This document shows, piece after piece, positions 12,001-25,077 of a stretch of DNA of 64,000 nt. The notes under the pieces are model-generated. The model was not told where the DNA came from and did no database searches. It was given only the letters and a program-made list of their open reading frames with translations. The stretch is from assembly GCA_965262915.1 (NCBI GenBank), contig OZ253564.1, positions 1,760,001 to 1,824,000 on the forward strand, given 5' to 3'. Both the position numbers and the translations under genes were made by a program. Position 1 is the stretch's first letter, and every line of letters starts with the position of its first letter. The stretch comes from Candidatus Spongiisociaceae bacterium (GTDB lineage: Bacteria; Actinomycetota; Acidimicrobiia; Spongiisociales; Spongiisociaceae).

Positions 12001-12111
12001 TTTCCGATCTCGCCTTGGAGGATGCTGAACGATGACGATGGAGGCCGGCCTGCGACTCGCTGACCCGGCACCTCGGTTCGGGCGGGGCCGCCGGTGGATG
12101 CTCGGCGCCCT
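12001..12111. repeat. Diverged intergenic repeat, copy C
   Basis: Aligns by eye with 32517-32637 (GAGGATGCTGAACGATGACGATGG vs GAGAATGCCGACCAATGACGATTG; CGCTGACCCGGCACC vs CGATGACCGGCCACC). Confidence 0.6.
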
Positions 12112-12135
12112 CCCCTACCATTCCGAACAAAGGGC

Positions 12136-12164
12136 TTGAACCTGTCACACCGCCCCTGCATACT
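12136..12164 (+). promoter_or_regulatory. Promoter-like motif TTGAAC-17bp-CATACT containing TGTCAC
   Basis: Twin of 5564-5592. Confidence 0.5.
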
Positions 12165-12169
12165 TGACA

Positions 12170-12345
12170 CCAGCCAGGCACCTCGCGGCCGGGAGATTGA
12201 CGTCGGCCCGACCGCCGGAGGGAACGAGACGCCGGAGCGCCCGCCCTCGGCAGGCCGGGTGATGCGCGCTCCGACCCGAGGAGAGGTGGTGGGGGAGTGC
12301 TCACGGATGTGGATCCGCCCGCTCGGTTTTCGCGACCTGGCGGCG
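12170..12345 (+). ncRNA. Candidate structured ncRNA or dispersed repeat, copy B
   Basis: Homologous to 5596-5774; perfect 8-bp stem CGGAGCGC/GCGCTCCG. Confidence 0.45.
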
Positions 12346-12452
12346 GTCCCCGTCCTCGTACCCGCAGAGGCGCCGCGGCTTTCGCAGATCGACCCGTCGT
12401 GCTTCACCCATCGGCACGAGTCCCCGGCTGAAACCCCTAGTCTGCCCCTAAC

Positions 12453-13100
12453 ATGGAAATCCATCGACTCGAACTCTGGCTCGCCGCCACCAACACCTAC
12501 GTGGTGGCGCCCGCCGCGGACGGACCTGCGGTGGTAGTGGATGCCCCTCCAGATGGCGATGAGCTCGTGTCGCTGCTCGCCGCTCATCGCTTGACTCCGG
12601 TGGCGCTGCTGGTGACCCACGGGCACATCGACCATGTCGGCGGAGCGGGCTCTCTCGTGGCCCGTACCGGGGTGACTGCCTACATACATCCCGAGGACGA
12701 CTACCTGACGCTCCATCCCGCCGAGCAACTGAGACAGCTGTTCGGATTCGTGATGCCCGGCGACTACGAGCCTCCCCGGCACTACCGGCCGCTCGAGGAC
12801 GGCCTCCGCCTCGACCTGGCCGGGCTGGGCTTCGAGGTGCTGGCCACACCCGGCCACACGCCCGGACACTGCTGTTTCCACCTGCCCGAGCAGGGGATAC
12901 TCTTCTCCGGAGACCAGTTGTTCGCCGGTTCCATCGGGCGTACCGACCTCCCGGGCGGCGACCACCAGGTCCTGATGAGGAGCATGGCGGAAAAAGTCCT
13001 TCCCCTCGACGACGATGTCCGGGTGTTGCCGGGTCACGGATCCTCCACCACGGTGGGGCGGGAACGCCGCACCAACCCCTTCCTGGCGGGTTTCCGATGA
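12453..13100 (+). CDS. MBL-fold metallo-hydrolase (glyoxalase II-like)
   Basis: THGHIDH, TPGHTPG, FSGD, GRTDLPGG, PGHG. Confidence 0.92.
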   Translation: MEIHRLELWLAATNTYVVAPAADGPAVVVDAPPDGDELVSLLAAHRLTPVALLVTHGHIDHVGGAGSLVARTGVTAYIHPEDDYLTLHPAEQLRQLFGFVMPGDYEPPRHYRPLEDGLRLDLAGLGFEVLATPGHTPGHCCFHLPEQGILFSGDQLFAGSIGRTDLPGGDHQVLMRSMAEKVLPLDDDVRVLPGHGSSTTVGRERRTNPFLAGFR

Positions 13101-14344
13101 GCTTCCGGGCGCCCAAGGGGACCGACGACATACTGCCCCCCGATTCGCGCCGATGGAGGACCCTGCTGCGCTCGTGGGATATCCTGGCCGAGCAGTACGG
13201 GTACGCATATGTCGCCACCCCGATATTCGAGGCCACCGAACTCTTCGCGAGGGGGATGGGTGAAGCCACCGAAGTGGTCGAGAAGCAGATGTACAACTTC
13301 CGCGACAAGGCGGGCCGGCGCTTGACCCTCCGCCCCGAGATCACCGCCGGGGTGGTACGGGCCTACATACAGGGGGGCCGGTCGGGCGAGTTCAAGGGGG
13401 CCTACTCGGGTCCGGCCTTCCGCTACGAACGGCCGCAGGAGGGTCGCCGCAGGCAGTTCTGGCAGGTGGGAGTCGAGTACCTGGGCGCTTCCGATGCGGA
13501 GGCCGACCTGGAGGTCATCGAGCTCGGCTACCGGTTCCTGCTCGACTGCGGCCTCGGCGATGTGGTGGTACAGGTCAACTCGATCGGGGATCCGGCCGAC
13601 CGCCTTGCCTATCACCGGATACTGGGGGATTGGCTGGAGGAGCGGCGAGAGATGCTCTCCGAGGACGCCCGGCGGCGGATCCGCTCCAACCCGCTCCGGG
13701 TGCTGGACTCCAAGGCCGATCGCGAGGTGGTGGCGGACGCTCCCGTTCCGGTCGATCACCTGGGCGCCGCGACGGCGGCCCACTACCACCAGGTCATCGA
13801 GGGATTGGGAGAGAGGGGCATAGAGCACCGGCAGGACCCCCGGCTGGTGCGCGGGCTCGACTACTACAACCGGACCGTGTTCGAGTACATCCCGCCCTCG
13901 TACCAGGCGGCCCAGAATGCCGTGGGAGGGGGCGGTCGGTACGACGGGCTCACCCGGATCCTCGGCGGGCCCGCCGTTCCGGGAGTCGGCGTCGCCCTCG
14001 GACTCGACCGGATCCTGGCCGCGGCGGGAAGCCGCCCCGCGGCCCGGGCGCTCGATGTGTTCCTCGTGGTGGCGGACCAGGACCGTCGCAGTCTGGCCCA
14101 CGCCTTCGCCCGCCGGCTGCGCTCAGCCGGTGTCCGCTGCGACCTGGTGGCCGGACGGCGGTCGGTGAAGGCGCAGTTCCGGGCCGCCAACCGCCGGGAC
14201 GCGGCCGCCGCCGTGGTCATCGGAAGCGAGTGGGATGCCGGTCTGGTCACGGTCAAGGATCTGAGTTCCGGAGACGAGCTCCGGATGCCGGCCGGCGAGG
14301 TGGTGGCTTGGGTGATGGATAGCCCCGGAGGAGGTGGCCGTTGA
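13097..14344 (+). CDS. hisS: Histidyl-tRNA synthetase
   Basis: APKGTDD, LRPEITA, FRYERPQ, LVRGLDYY, GGGRYDGL. Confidence 0.97.
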   Translation: MSFRAPKGTDDILPPDSRRWRTLLRSWDILAEQYGYAYVATPIFEATELFARGMGEATEVVEKQMYNFRDKAGRRLTLRPEITAGVVRAYIQGGRSGEFKGAYSGPAFRYERPQEGRRRQFWQVGVEYLGASDAEADLEVIELGYRFLLDCGLGDVVVQVNSIGDPADRLAYHRILGDWLEERREMLSEDARRRIRSNPLRVLDSKADREVVADAPVPVDHLGAATAAHYHQVIEGLGERGIEHRQDPRLVRGLDYYNRTVFEYIPPSYQAAQNAVGGGGRYDGLTRILGGPAVPGVGVALGLDRILAAAGSRPAARALDVFLVVADQDRRSLAHAFARRLRSAGVRCDLVAGRRSVKAQFRAANRRDAAAAVVIGSEWDAGLVTVKDLSSGDELRMPAGEVVAWVMDSPGGGGR

Positions 14345-16131
14345 CCGTATATCGTTCGCATCTCGCGACAGAACTCCGGTTGGACCAGGCCGGGCAGCAG
14401 GCCAGGTTGGCGGGATGGGTGGCCCGGGTCAGGGACCTGGGCGGCATCTCGTTCTTCGACCTGCGGGACGGGAGCGGTCTGGTGCAGGTGGTGGTCGATC
14501 CGGCCGTGGTGCCTGCCGCCTCGGGGCTGCGCATGGAGTACTGCGTGGCGGTCGAAGGGACCGTTCGGCGCAGACCGGAGGGAACCGAGAACCCGGAGCT
14601 CGAAACCGGTTCGTTGGAGGTGGCCGCCGACCGCCTCGAGATCCTGAGCCGCTCGGCCCCGTTGCCCTTCATGATCGACGACCGGTCCGCCGCCGAGGAG
14701 AAGGTGCGGTTGCGGCACCGCTACCTCGATCTCCGCCGCCCCCGCATGGCCGCCAACCTGCGGGCTCGCTCGCTGTGCATCAGGGCCATCCGGGAGACCC
14801 TCGACGGGCTCGGGTTCCTGGACGTGGAGACGCCCACCCTGGTCAACTCGACGCCGGAAGGGGCGCGGGACTTTCTCGTGCCGAGCCGGTTGCGGCCCGG
14901 CCACTTCTACGCCCTGCCGCAGAGCCCGCAGCTGTTCAAGCAGTTGCTCATGGTGGCGGGGGTCGAGCGTTACTACCAGATCGCCCGCTGCTACCGGGAC
15001 GAGGACACCCGCGCCGACCGCCAGCTCGAGTTCACCCAACTCGACCTCGAGGGGGCATTCTGGGGGCGGGACGACGTGTTCGCCGCCATCGAGCGGGTGG
15101 TGGCAACGGTCGTGAGGCGCTTGCGGGGCATCGAAATCACCCTGCCCCTGCCGAGGCTCGCCCACCGGGAGGCGATGGCCCGCTACGGGACCGACAAGCC
15201 CGATCTGCGCTTCGGGATGGCGATCGCCGACCTGTCCGAGCAGTTCGCCGGTACCCGATTCCGCGGGTTCGGCCGGGTCCTCGGGTCCGGGGGAGTGGTC
15301 CGGGGTATCAACGCGGGTGCCCGGGCGCCCTCACGTGCCGAGCTGGACGGCCTGGTGGATCGGGCAAAGGACCTGGGCGCCGCCGGACTGGTCTGGGCGG
15401 TGGTCCGCGACGACGGGGAGTTGCGGTCGCCGGTGGCCAAGTTCCTGAGCGGAGCGGAGAGGGCGGGGGTCGCCGCGGCGCTGGGGGCGTCACCCGGTGA
15501 TGTCCTCCTGCTGGTGGCGGACCGGGAACAGGTGGCCTCCGCGGTCCTGGGGGCGATCCGGCTCGATCTCGGCCGGCCCGAGGGCCATGACGACCTCCAC
15601 TTCGCCTGGATCGTCGACTTTCCCGTGTTCGACCGGACGGACCAGGGTGATCTGGTCCCGTCCCACCACCCCTTCACTGCCCCGGTCTCGGTCGAGGAGA
15701 TGCGGGAGCGGCCGGGGGATGCGGTGGCCCGGGCGTACGACCTCGTGCTGAACGGATCGGAACTGGGCTCGGGCTCGGTGCGGATCCACGATCCCGACAT
15801 CCAGCGGGCGGTTTTCGAGATCCTCGGCATCTCCGGTGAGGAGGCCGAGTCTCGCTTCGGGTGGTTCCTCGAGGCCCTGAGGTACGGGACCCCGCCCCAT
15901 GCCGGTTTCGCCATAGGCATCGACCGTCTCGTGGCCATCCTCCAGGACGAATCGAGCATTCGCGAGGTGATCCCGTTCCCGAAGACGCAGAGCGGGGCCG
16001 ATCCGCTCACCACTGCCCCCACCCGGGTGGACGACACCCAGCTGGGCGAGCTCGGGATCGACTTGGCGGCCGAGACGAGAGCTGCCTGGGGTGAGACAGG
16101 CGACGGAGCCCGGTCCACCGGCTCGTCTTGA
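14341..16131 (+). CDS. aspS: Aspartyl-tRNA synthetase
   Basis: STPEGARDF, LPQSPQLFKQ, RQLEFTQLD, HHPFT, PPHAGFAIGIDR. Confidence 0.97.
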   Translation: MTVYRSHLATELRLDQAGQQARLAGWVARVRDLGGISFFDLRDGSGLVQVVVDPAVVPAASGLRMEYCVAVEGTVRRRPEGTENPELETGSLEVAADRLEILSRSAPLPFMIDDRSAAEEKVRLRHRYLDLRRPRMAANLRARSLCIRAIRETLDGLGFLDVETPTLVNSTPEGARDFLVPSRLRPGHFYALPQSPQLFKQLLMVAGVERYYQIARCYRDEDTRADRQLEFTQLDLEGAFWGRDDVFAAIERVVATVVRRLRGIEITLPLPRLAHREAMARYGTDKPDLRFGMAIADLSEQFAGTRFRGFGRVLGSGGVVRGINAGARAPSRAELDGLVDRAKDLGAAGLVWAVVRDDGELRSPVAKFLSGAERAGVAAALGASPGDVLLLVADREQVASAVLGAIRLDLGRPEGHDDLHFAWIVDFPVFDRTDQGDLVPSHHPFTAPVSVEEMRERPGDAVARAYDLVLNGSELGSGSVRIHDPDIQRAVFEILGISGEEAESRFGWFLEALRYGTPPHAGFAIGIDRLVAILQDESSIREVIPFPKTQSGADPLTTAPTRVDDTQLGELGIDLAAETRAAWGETGDGARSTGSS

Positions 16132-16243
16132 CCCCGCCCATGGACCCCTCGGCGCCCGGTATCCGCAACGCCGGTGCCGAGACGAGCCCGGAGGGTCGAG
16201 GTCCCGCTCTCCGGGAAACCCCTGCCCTGTCCCCCTGGTCGTG

Positions 16244-17614
<1,371 letters not shown>

Positions 17615-17739
17615 AGGGTTTCCGCCGACCTGGAATCCCTCGTGCAGCCCGCTCATACGTTTCACAAGGGGATAGTCGTCAGGGCGACGCCGGAGCGTGC
17701 CTCACCACCGTCCAAACCATGATCGTCGGGGAGGTGTGT

Positions 17740-18090
17740 CAGTGCCTTGCGCGTTTCGCCCGTGCTCGATGCGCGACGCTCAGGGCTAGCCGATGTCCAC
17801 CTGAGCAGACAGTTGCTTCCCGGTGGAACCCCGGGCCCCACGGATGGATTGGAGAGCACGAACTCGGCGGGTGATCTCCGCATGCTTGCGATCTTCGAGT
17901 TCGGCCGCTCTCGGGTCGGCTAGTACCCGATCGCGGGTGGCCTGCACCCGCGCCGTCGAGGTGCTCCACTCCTCGTCGCTGTGGTTCCCGGATCCTAAGC
18001 GAGGATCGGCTAGGGCCTCTGTGACGACCCGAATCGCTTCCCGCTCTCGATCCTCGCGTCGGTGATCCATATCCTTATCCTTTTGTCCAT
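17740..18090 (-). pseudogene. Degenerate XRE/HTH regulator or antitoxin
   Basis: ...LQSIRGARGSTGKQLSAQVDIG*P*ASRIEHG is an HTH_3 pattern with in-frame stops; TATAAT 7 nt before the ATG at 18090. Confidence 0.5.
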
Positions 18091-18113
18091 CTCGACGATT
18101 ATATGGTCTCGGG

Positions 18114-18163
18114 GAAGCCGAGATCGGCGACCGTCTGGAGGAGTGGGACCGCCGGCTGGGACG
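18114..18163 (+). repeat. 50-bp direct repeat, rarA 3' end (copy 2)
   Basis: Encodes EAEIGDRLEEWDRRLGR vs EAEIANRLEEWDRRLGR in rarA. Confidence 0.85.
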
Positions 18164-18262
18164 GCCCGCACGCGACTTTCGGCCTGAGTGGTGATACTCC
18201 ACACTCTCCCGAGAGAACCGGGGTCGATCTCGATACGGGAGCATATGGACTAGCATAGGGTC

Positions 18263-18508
18263 ATGGCCCGACGTGAGGTTCTGGTACAACTCGATGACGA
18301 TCTTGTAGAGCGACTGGATCACCTGGCCAGGGCTTTGGATACCAACCGTTCCGAGCTATTACGCCGGGGCGCGCGAGCCGTGATCGCAGCTGAGGATCTG
18401 GCTGTGGCCGACCGCGAGCTGGTCGCGGCCTACCGGCGCCTACCCCCGGATCCGGCACTCGTACGATCAGCGGCCCGTCTCGCAGCCCGAACCGCGCCTG
18501 AGTGGTAG
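18263..18508 (+). CDS. Ribbon-helix-helix (CopG-like) antitoxin
   Basis: VLVQLDDDLVERLD...NRSELLRR; directly upstream of a PemK/MazF toxin. Confidence 0.85.
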   Translation: MARREVLVQLDDDLVERLDHLARALDTNRSELLRRGARAVIAAEDLAVADRELVAAYRRLPPDPALVRSAARLAARTAPEW

Positions 18509-18832
18509 GTGGTCTCGAGAAACGAGATCTACTGGGCCGATCTTGGTCCGCCTGCAGGAGTGCGACCCGTGTGTGTGCTTACGAGAGACGCAGCCGCCAC
18601 GGTTCTCACGTCCGTCACGTGCGCACCCATCACCCGAACCGTGCGGGGGATAAGGTCGGAGGTCGAGATCGGTCCGGAAGAAGGATTGCCGGAACCCTGC
18701 GCCGTCAATTGTGACAACCTCATCACCATCCCGATCTCGTGCCTCGATTCCCGTCCGGTGGGACGGCTGGGCGAGGTCAAGAGGGCCGAGATGGACCGGG
18801 CTCTGCGCTACGCACTCGACATCCTCTACTGA
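18509..18832 (+). CDS. PemK/MazF-family toxin
   Basis: RNEIYWADLGP, RPVCVLTR, VTCAPIT, AVNCDNLITI. Confidence 0.9.
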   Translation: MVSRNEIYWADLGPPAGVRPVCVLTRDAAATVLTSVTCAPITRTVRGIRSEVEIGPEEGLPEPCAVNCDNLITIPISCLDSRPVGRLGEVKRAEMDRALRYALDILY

Positions 18833-18919
18833 TCGTCCCAGAGCCCTGGCCGTGGCGGGATCGGGGAGCCACGGGACCGTGTCCGGTAAGGGTGCGGGGT
18901 ACGGCTAACCTGATCCGCT

Positions 18920-21540
<2,621 letters not shown>

Positions 21541-21541
<1 letters not shown>

Positions 21542-21996
21542 TGAGCGAGCGCCACGGCCGGACCGGAGGGCCGGGGGGCCGTGTGATGGGAATCGATTAC
21601 GGGCGCAAGCGGGTGGGTATCGCCCTCTCCGACGGTCTGAGGATCGCTGCCCATCCCTACGAGGTCCTCGAGTCGGGTCCCCGTCTCGAGGATCGCCTGG
21701 CAGAGATGGTGAACCACAACGAGGTGACCACGGTCGTGGTCGGCCTGCCCACCTCCCTCGACGGGACGGAGCGGTCATCGGCTAAGCTCGCCCGCCGTTT
21801 CGCCGACCGGATCGGTGCGTTGCTGGACATCGATGTGGTCCTCTACGACGAGCGGTTCACATCGAAGATCGCCGAGCGGGTCCTGATAGAGGCGGGTACC
21901 TCCAGGGCCGGCCGACGGAGCCGGGTGGACAAGGTGGCCGCGGCGGTGATGCTCCAGGGCTACCTCGACCGCCTGGCCGGGGAGCCGCTCCGGTGA
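21541..21996 (+). CDS. ruvX: Holliday junction resolvase-like / pre-16S rRNA nuclease
   Basis: GIDYGRKRVGIALSD, VVGLP, DERFTS, DKVAAAVMLQ. Confidence 0.93.
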
Positions 21997-23117
21997 GCTA
22001 CGGACCCGAGTTCCTTCCCGAGGAGAGCGATCACGCCGGGGAACGGCCCATCGCGAGGGTGAAGGGAACCGTGATCGCCTTGCTGGTGAGCGGCGTGGTG
22101 GTGTACGGCCTGCTGGTGGGGGGCCAGAGGGCCGGCGACTGGGTGAACGGGCTGGGCCGGTTCGGAGCCGAGGATGAAGTGGTCGAGGTGGAGCCGGGAC
22201 GGACGGTGAAGGTGGAGGTGCCGGTGGGTTCCAGCGCCCGGGGGATCGCCGGGATCCTCGTGGACAACGGTGTCATCCGATCCGCAGTGGCCTTCGAGTC
22301 GGTGGTCCGGTCCCGGCAGGCGGGAAGCCTGCTCAAGGCGGGGCGATACGAGTTGGTGACCGGCGCCGACCTCGACGAGATCGTCGACATCCTGGTGGCC
22401 GGACCGACGGTGGAGACCTTCCGATTGACGGTGGTGGAGGGGCGCCGGATCGGGGAGGTACTGGCCGACATGGCCCGCCAGACCGGCCACTCCGAGGAGG
22501 AGTTGTCCGCCACCTTGATCGAAGGCGAGATCAGGTCGCTCTATCTCCCCGAGGGCGTGCGGGGGATAGCCGCTTGGGAGGGTCTCCTCTTCCCGGCCAC
22601 CTACGAGTTCTTCAGCGACGCCACCCCCGAGGAGATGCTCCAGCGTCTGGCCGACGAGACCGAGCGGCGGATGGACAGGATTGACTGGGAGCCGCTACTC
22701 CGGAAGGGAATCTCCGCGTACGAGGGCTTGGTGATCGCATCGCTCGTCGAGGCGGAGGCCGGAATCGACGAGGACCGACCGCTGATCGCCGGCGTGATCC
22801 ACAACCGGCTGGATCGAAGCATGAGGTTGGAGATCGACGCCACCGTCCTGTACGCGCTGGGCGAGCGGGGAAGAGGGTTGACCCTCGACGACCTCGAGTT
22901 CGTCTCACCCTATAACACCTACCGGGTGGCCGGCCTTCCCCCCACGCCGATCGGTACGCCGGGCTTCAAGTCGTTGGAGGCGGTGGTGGATCCGGCAGAG
23001 ACCAACTTCCTCTACTACGTCCTCACCTCGGAGGACGGTTCCCATTCATTCTTCGCCGATTACGGCGAGTTCCTGGACGCCAAACAGCGGGCCCGAGAGG
23101 AAGGTATCGCTCCGTGA
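21993..23117 (+). CDS. mltG: Endolytic transglycosylase MltG
   Basis: EGLLFPATY, ASLVEAE, NRL..MRLEIDATV, SPYNTY, GLPPTPI. Confidence 0.93.
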   Translation: MSYGPEFLPEESDHAGERPIARVKGTVIALLVSGVVVYGLLVGGQRAGDWVNGLGRFGAEDEVVEVEPGRTVKVEVPVGSSARGIAGILVDNGVIRSAVAFESVVRSRQAGSLLKAGRYELVTGADLDEIVDILVAGPTVETFRLTVVEGRRIGEVLADMARQTGHSEEELSATLIEGEIRSLYLPEGVRGIAAWEGLLFPATYEFFSDATPEEMLQRLADETERRMDRIDWEPLLRKGISAYEGLVIASLVEAEAGIDEDRPLIAGVIHNRLDRSMRLEIDATVLYALGERGRGLTLDDLEFVSPYNTYRVAGLPPTPIGTPGFKSLEAVVDPAETNFLYYVLTSEDGSHSFFADYGEFLDAKQRAREEGIAP

Positions 23118-23926
23118 GGCCTCTCCGGCTGGTGGTCCTCGGGAACCCGGTGGCCCACTCGCTCTCGCCGGTGATCCAGCGGGCCGCTCTGGAGTTCGCC
23201 GGGATCGAAGGAACCTATGTTCGCCGCCGGGTCGACGATGAAGGTATGGCGGAGGTGGCGGCGGAGATCCGGGACGGGCGGATGGACGGGGCCAACGTCA
23301 CGATGCCCCACAAGGCCCGGGCCGCCCGGCTGGCGGACCGCCTCTCGCCGCCGGCCGCACGGTGCGGTGGCGCCAACACCCTGTGGCGGGAGGAGGATCG
23401 CCTGTGCGCGCACACCACCGACCCGGACGGGGTGCGGTTCGCATGGGAACACGCCGGGCTACCCGACGGCGCGCCCGTGCTGTTGCTGGGCGCCGGTGGA
23501 GCGGCGGCGGCGGCTCTGGTCGCCCTGGAAGATCGTGCCCCGCTGGTCTCGGCCCGGCGGGAGGAGGCGGCCAGGTCCTTGGTGGACCGGGTGGCCCCGG
23601 CCGCTTCGGTGATCGGATGGGGTAGGGCGGTTCCGGGTGCGGTAGTGGTCAACGCCACCCCGTTGGGCATGGCCGGAGACAACCTGCCCGACGGCGTTCT
23701 CGACGAGGCGGCGGGCCTGCTGGAGATGAATTACGGCGGAGGGGAAACTCCGGCCGCGGCCTTTCTACGCTCCCGGAACCGTCCGGTGGCGCCGGGAGAG
23801 TTGATGCTGGTGGGCCAGGGAGCAGCCTCGTTCGCCATATGGACCGGGGTGGACGTACCGCCGGCCGTGATGCTGGCCGCGCTCGATGCCCGACGGGGTG
23901 TGGCACCCGAGTCCGACCGACGGTAG
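23114..23926 (+). CDS. aroE: Shikimate dehydrogenase
   Basis: GNPVAHSLSP, NVTMPHK, GAGGAA, VNATPLG. Confidence 0.93.
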   Translation: MRPLRLVVLGNPVAHSLSPVIQRAALEFAGIEGTYVRRRVDDEGMAEVAAEIRDGRMDGANVTMPHKARAARLADRLSPPAARCGGANTLWREEDRLCAHTTDPDGVRFAWEHAGLPDGAPVLLLGAGGAAAAALVALEDRAPLVSARREEAARSLVDRVAPAASVIGWGRAVPGAVVVNATPLGMAGDNLPDGVLDEAAGLLEMNYGGGETPAAAFLRSRNRPVAPGELMLVGQGAASFAIWTGVDVPPAVMLAALDARRGVAPESDRR

Positions 23927-23928
23927 GC

Positions 23929-24692
23929 GTGGGCGCCTGCCTGGTAGCCGGACTCATGGGGCTGGTGGTGGGCCGGTTCCTGTCGGTTCTGGTATCCGCG
24001 GTGCCGGACGGCGGGGCGGTGCGGCGAGCGATCGGCAACCGGCCCGGTTGTGGCTGCCGGGGGCCAGGCCCAGTGACCTCCTCCCGGTGGTTTGGTGGGT
24101 CCGGAACAGAGGCAGGTGCCGCCGGTGCCACGACGCCGCCGGCGTCACGAGCCCGTCCGTGGAGGTGGTTACCGCAGGTCTGTTCACCACAGCCCTTTGT
24201 CTCGTCGGATGGGGATGGACCCTTCCGGCCTACCTCTGGTTCGTTTCCGTGACGGTCGTGCTGGCGTTCATCGACCTCCACCACCGGCGCATACCGAACC
24301 GGATCCTGCTACCCGGAACCGCGGTGGCGGTCGCGCTGCTCGCCGGGGGAGCCGCGCTCGAAGGCCGCATAGGCGACCTACCGGAGGCGCTGGTCGCCGG
24401 TACCGGCTACTTCGCCGTCCTGCTGGTTGCTGCCCTACTGGCAAGGGGCGCCATCGGCATGGGCGATGTGAAGCTGGCTTTCATGCTCGGGATCTTCGCC
24501 GGTTACGGAAGGTGGGAGGCTGCGATGGTGGCCGGGATCGGCGCCTTCGTCCTGGCCGGCGCGGTAGCGGTGTTGCTGATGGTCCTCCGGGTCCTTGGCC
24601 GCAACGACCACCTTCCGTTCGGACCTTTCATGGTGGTGGCGGCCTGGATGGCCATCGCCAGGGACCTCACCGCCGGGGCAGGACCGGTCTAG
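23929..24692 (+). pseudogene. Prepilin peptidase (A24), frameshifted at G5 24059-24063
   Basis: N-terminus GLVVGRFLSV...PGCGC in one frame; DLLPVVWW..RGRCRRC, IDLHHRRIPN, GMGDVKL and PFGPFM in another. Confidence 0.75.
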
Positions 24693-24784
24693 TTGCCGGT
24701 TGTCGGCGATTGTCGGTTGTCGGTTGAAGGCGGTTGCCGGTCTGTTTACTATTAGATACTATCTATGAACTTGTAGTATATTGT

Positions 24785-24910
24785 GATGATTGATGATTGA
24801 TGATTGATGATTGATGATTGATGATTGATGATTGATGATTGATGATTGATGATTGATGATTGATGATTGATGATTGATGATTGATGATTGATGATTGATG
24901 ATTGATGATT
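24785..24910. repeat. Heptamer tandem repeat (GATGATT)x18
   Basis: 126 bp perfect array. Confidence 0.97.
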
Positions 24911-24980
24911 GGCAACTGGCAACTGGCAACTGGCAACTGGCAACTGGCAGCTGGCAACTGGTCACCGGCTGCTGGTTACT
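24911..24980. repeat. Heptamer tandem repeat (GGCAACT)x~10, degenerating toward the 3' end
   Basis: 5 perfect units, then GGCAGCT, GGCAACT, GGTCACC, GGCTGCT, GGTTACT. Confidence 0.93.
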
Positions 24981-25077
24981 GGGCGCGCTTCTATCATCTG
25001 ATGGGCGTTCGCGGGGATGTCCTGGAGAGACGACCACCCGCCGACCCGAGACCCGGTACCCGAGAACAGGCTGGCAC

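Noticed and set aside
12280-12300. T-box upstream of hisS-aspS (AGGTGGT)
   Set aside because: Lacks the UGGNACC bulge sequence, and the same block occurs upstream of yajC.
24752-24957. ORFs encoding (INHQSSI)n
   Set aside because: Artefacts of translating the heptamer array.
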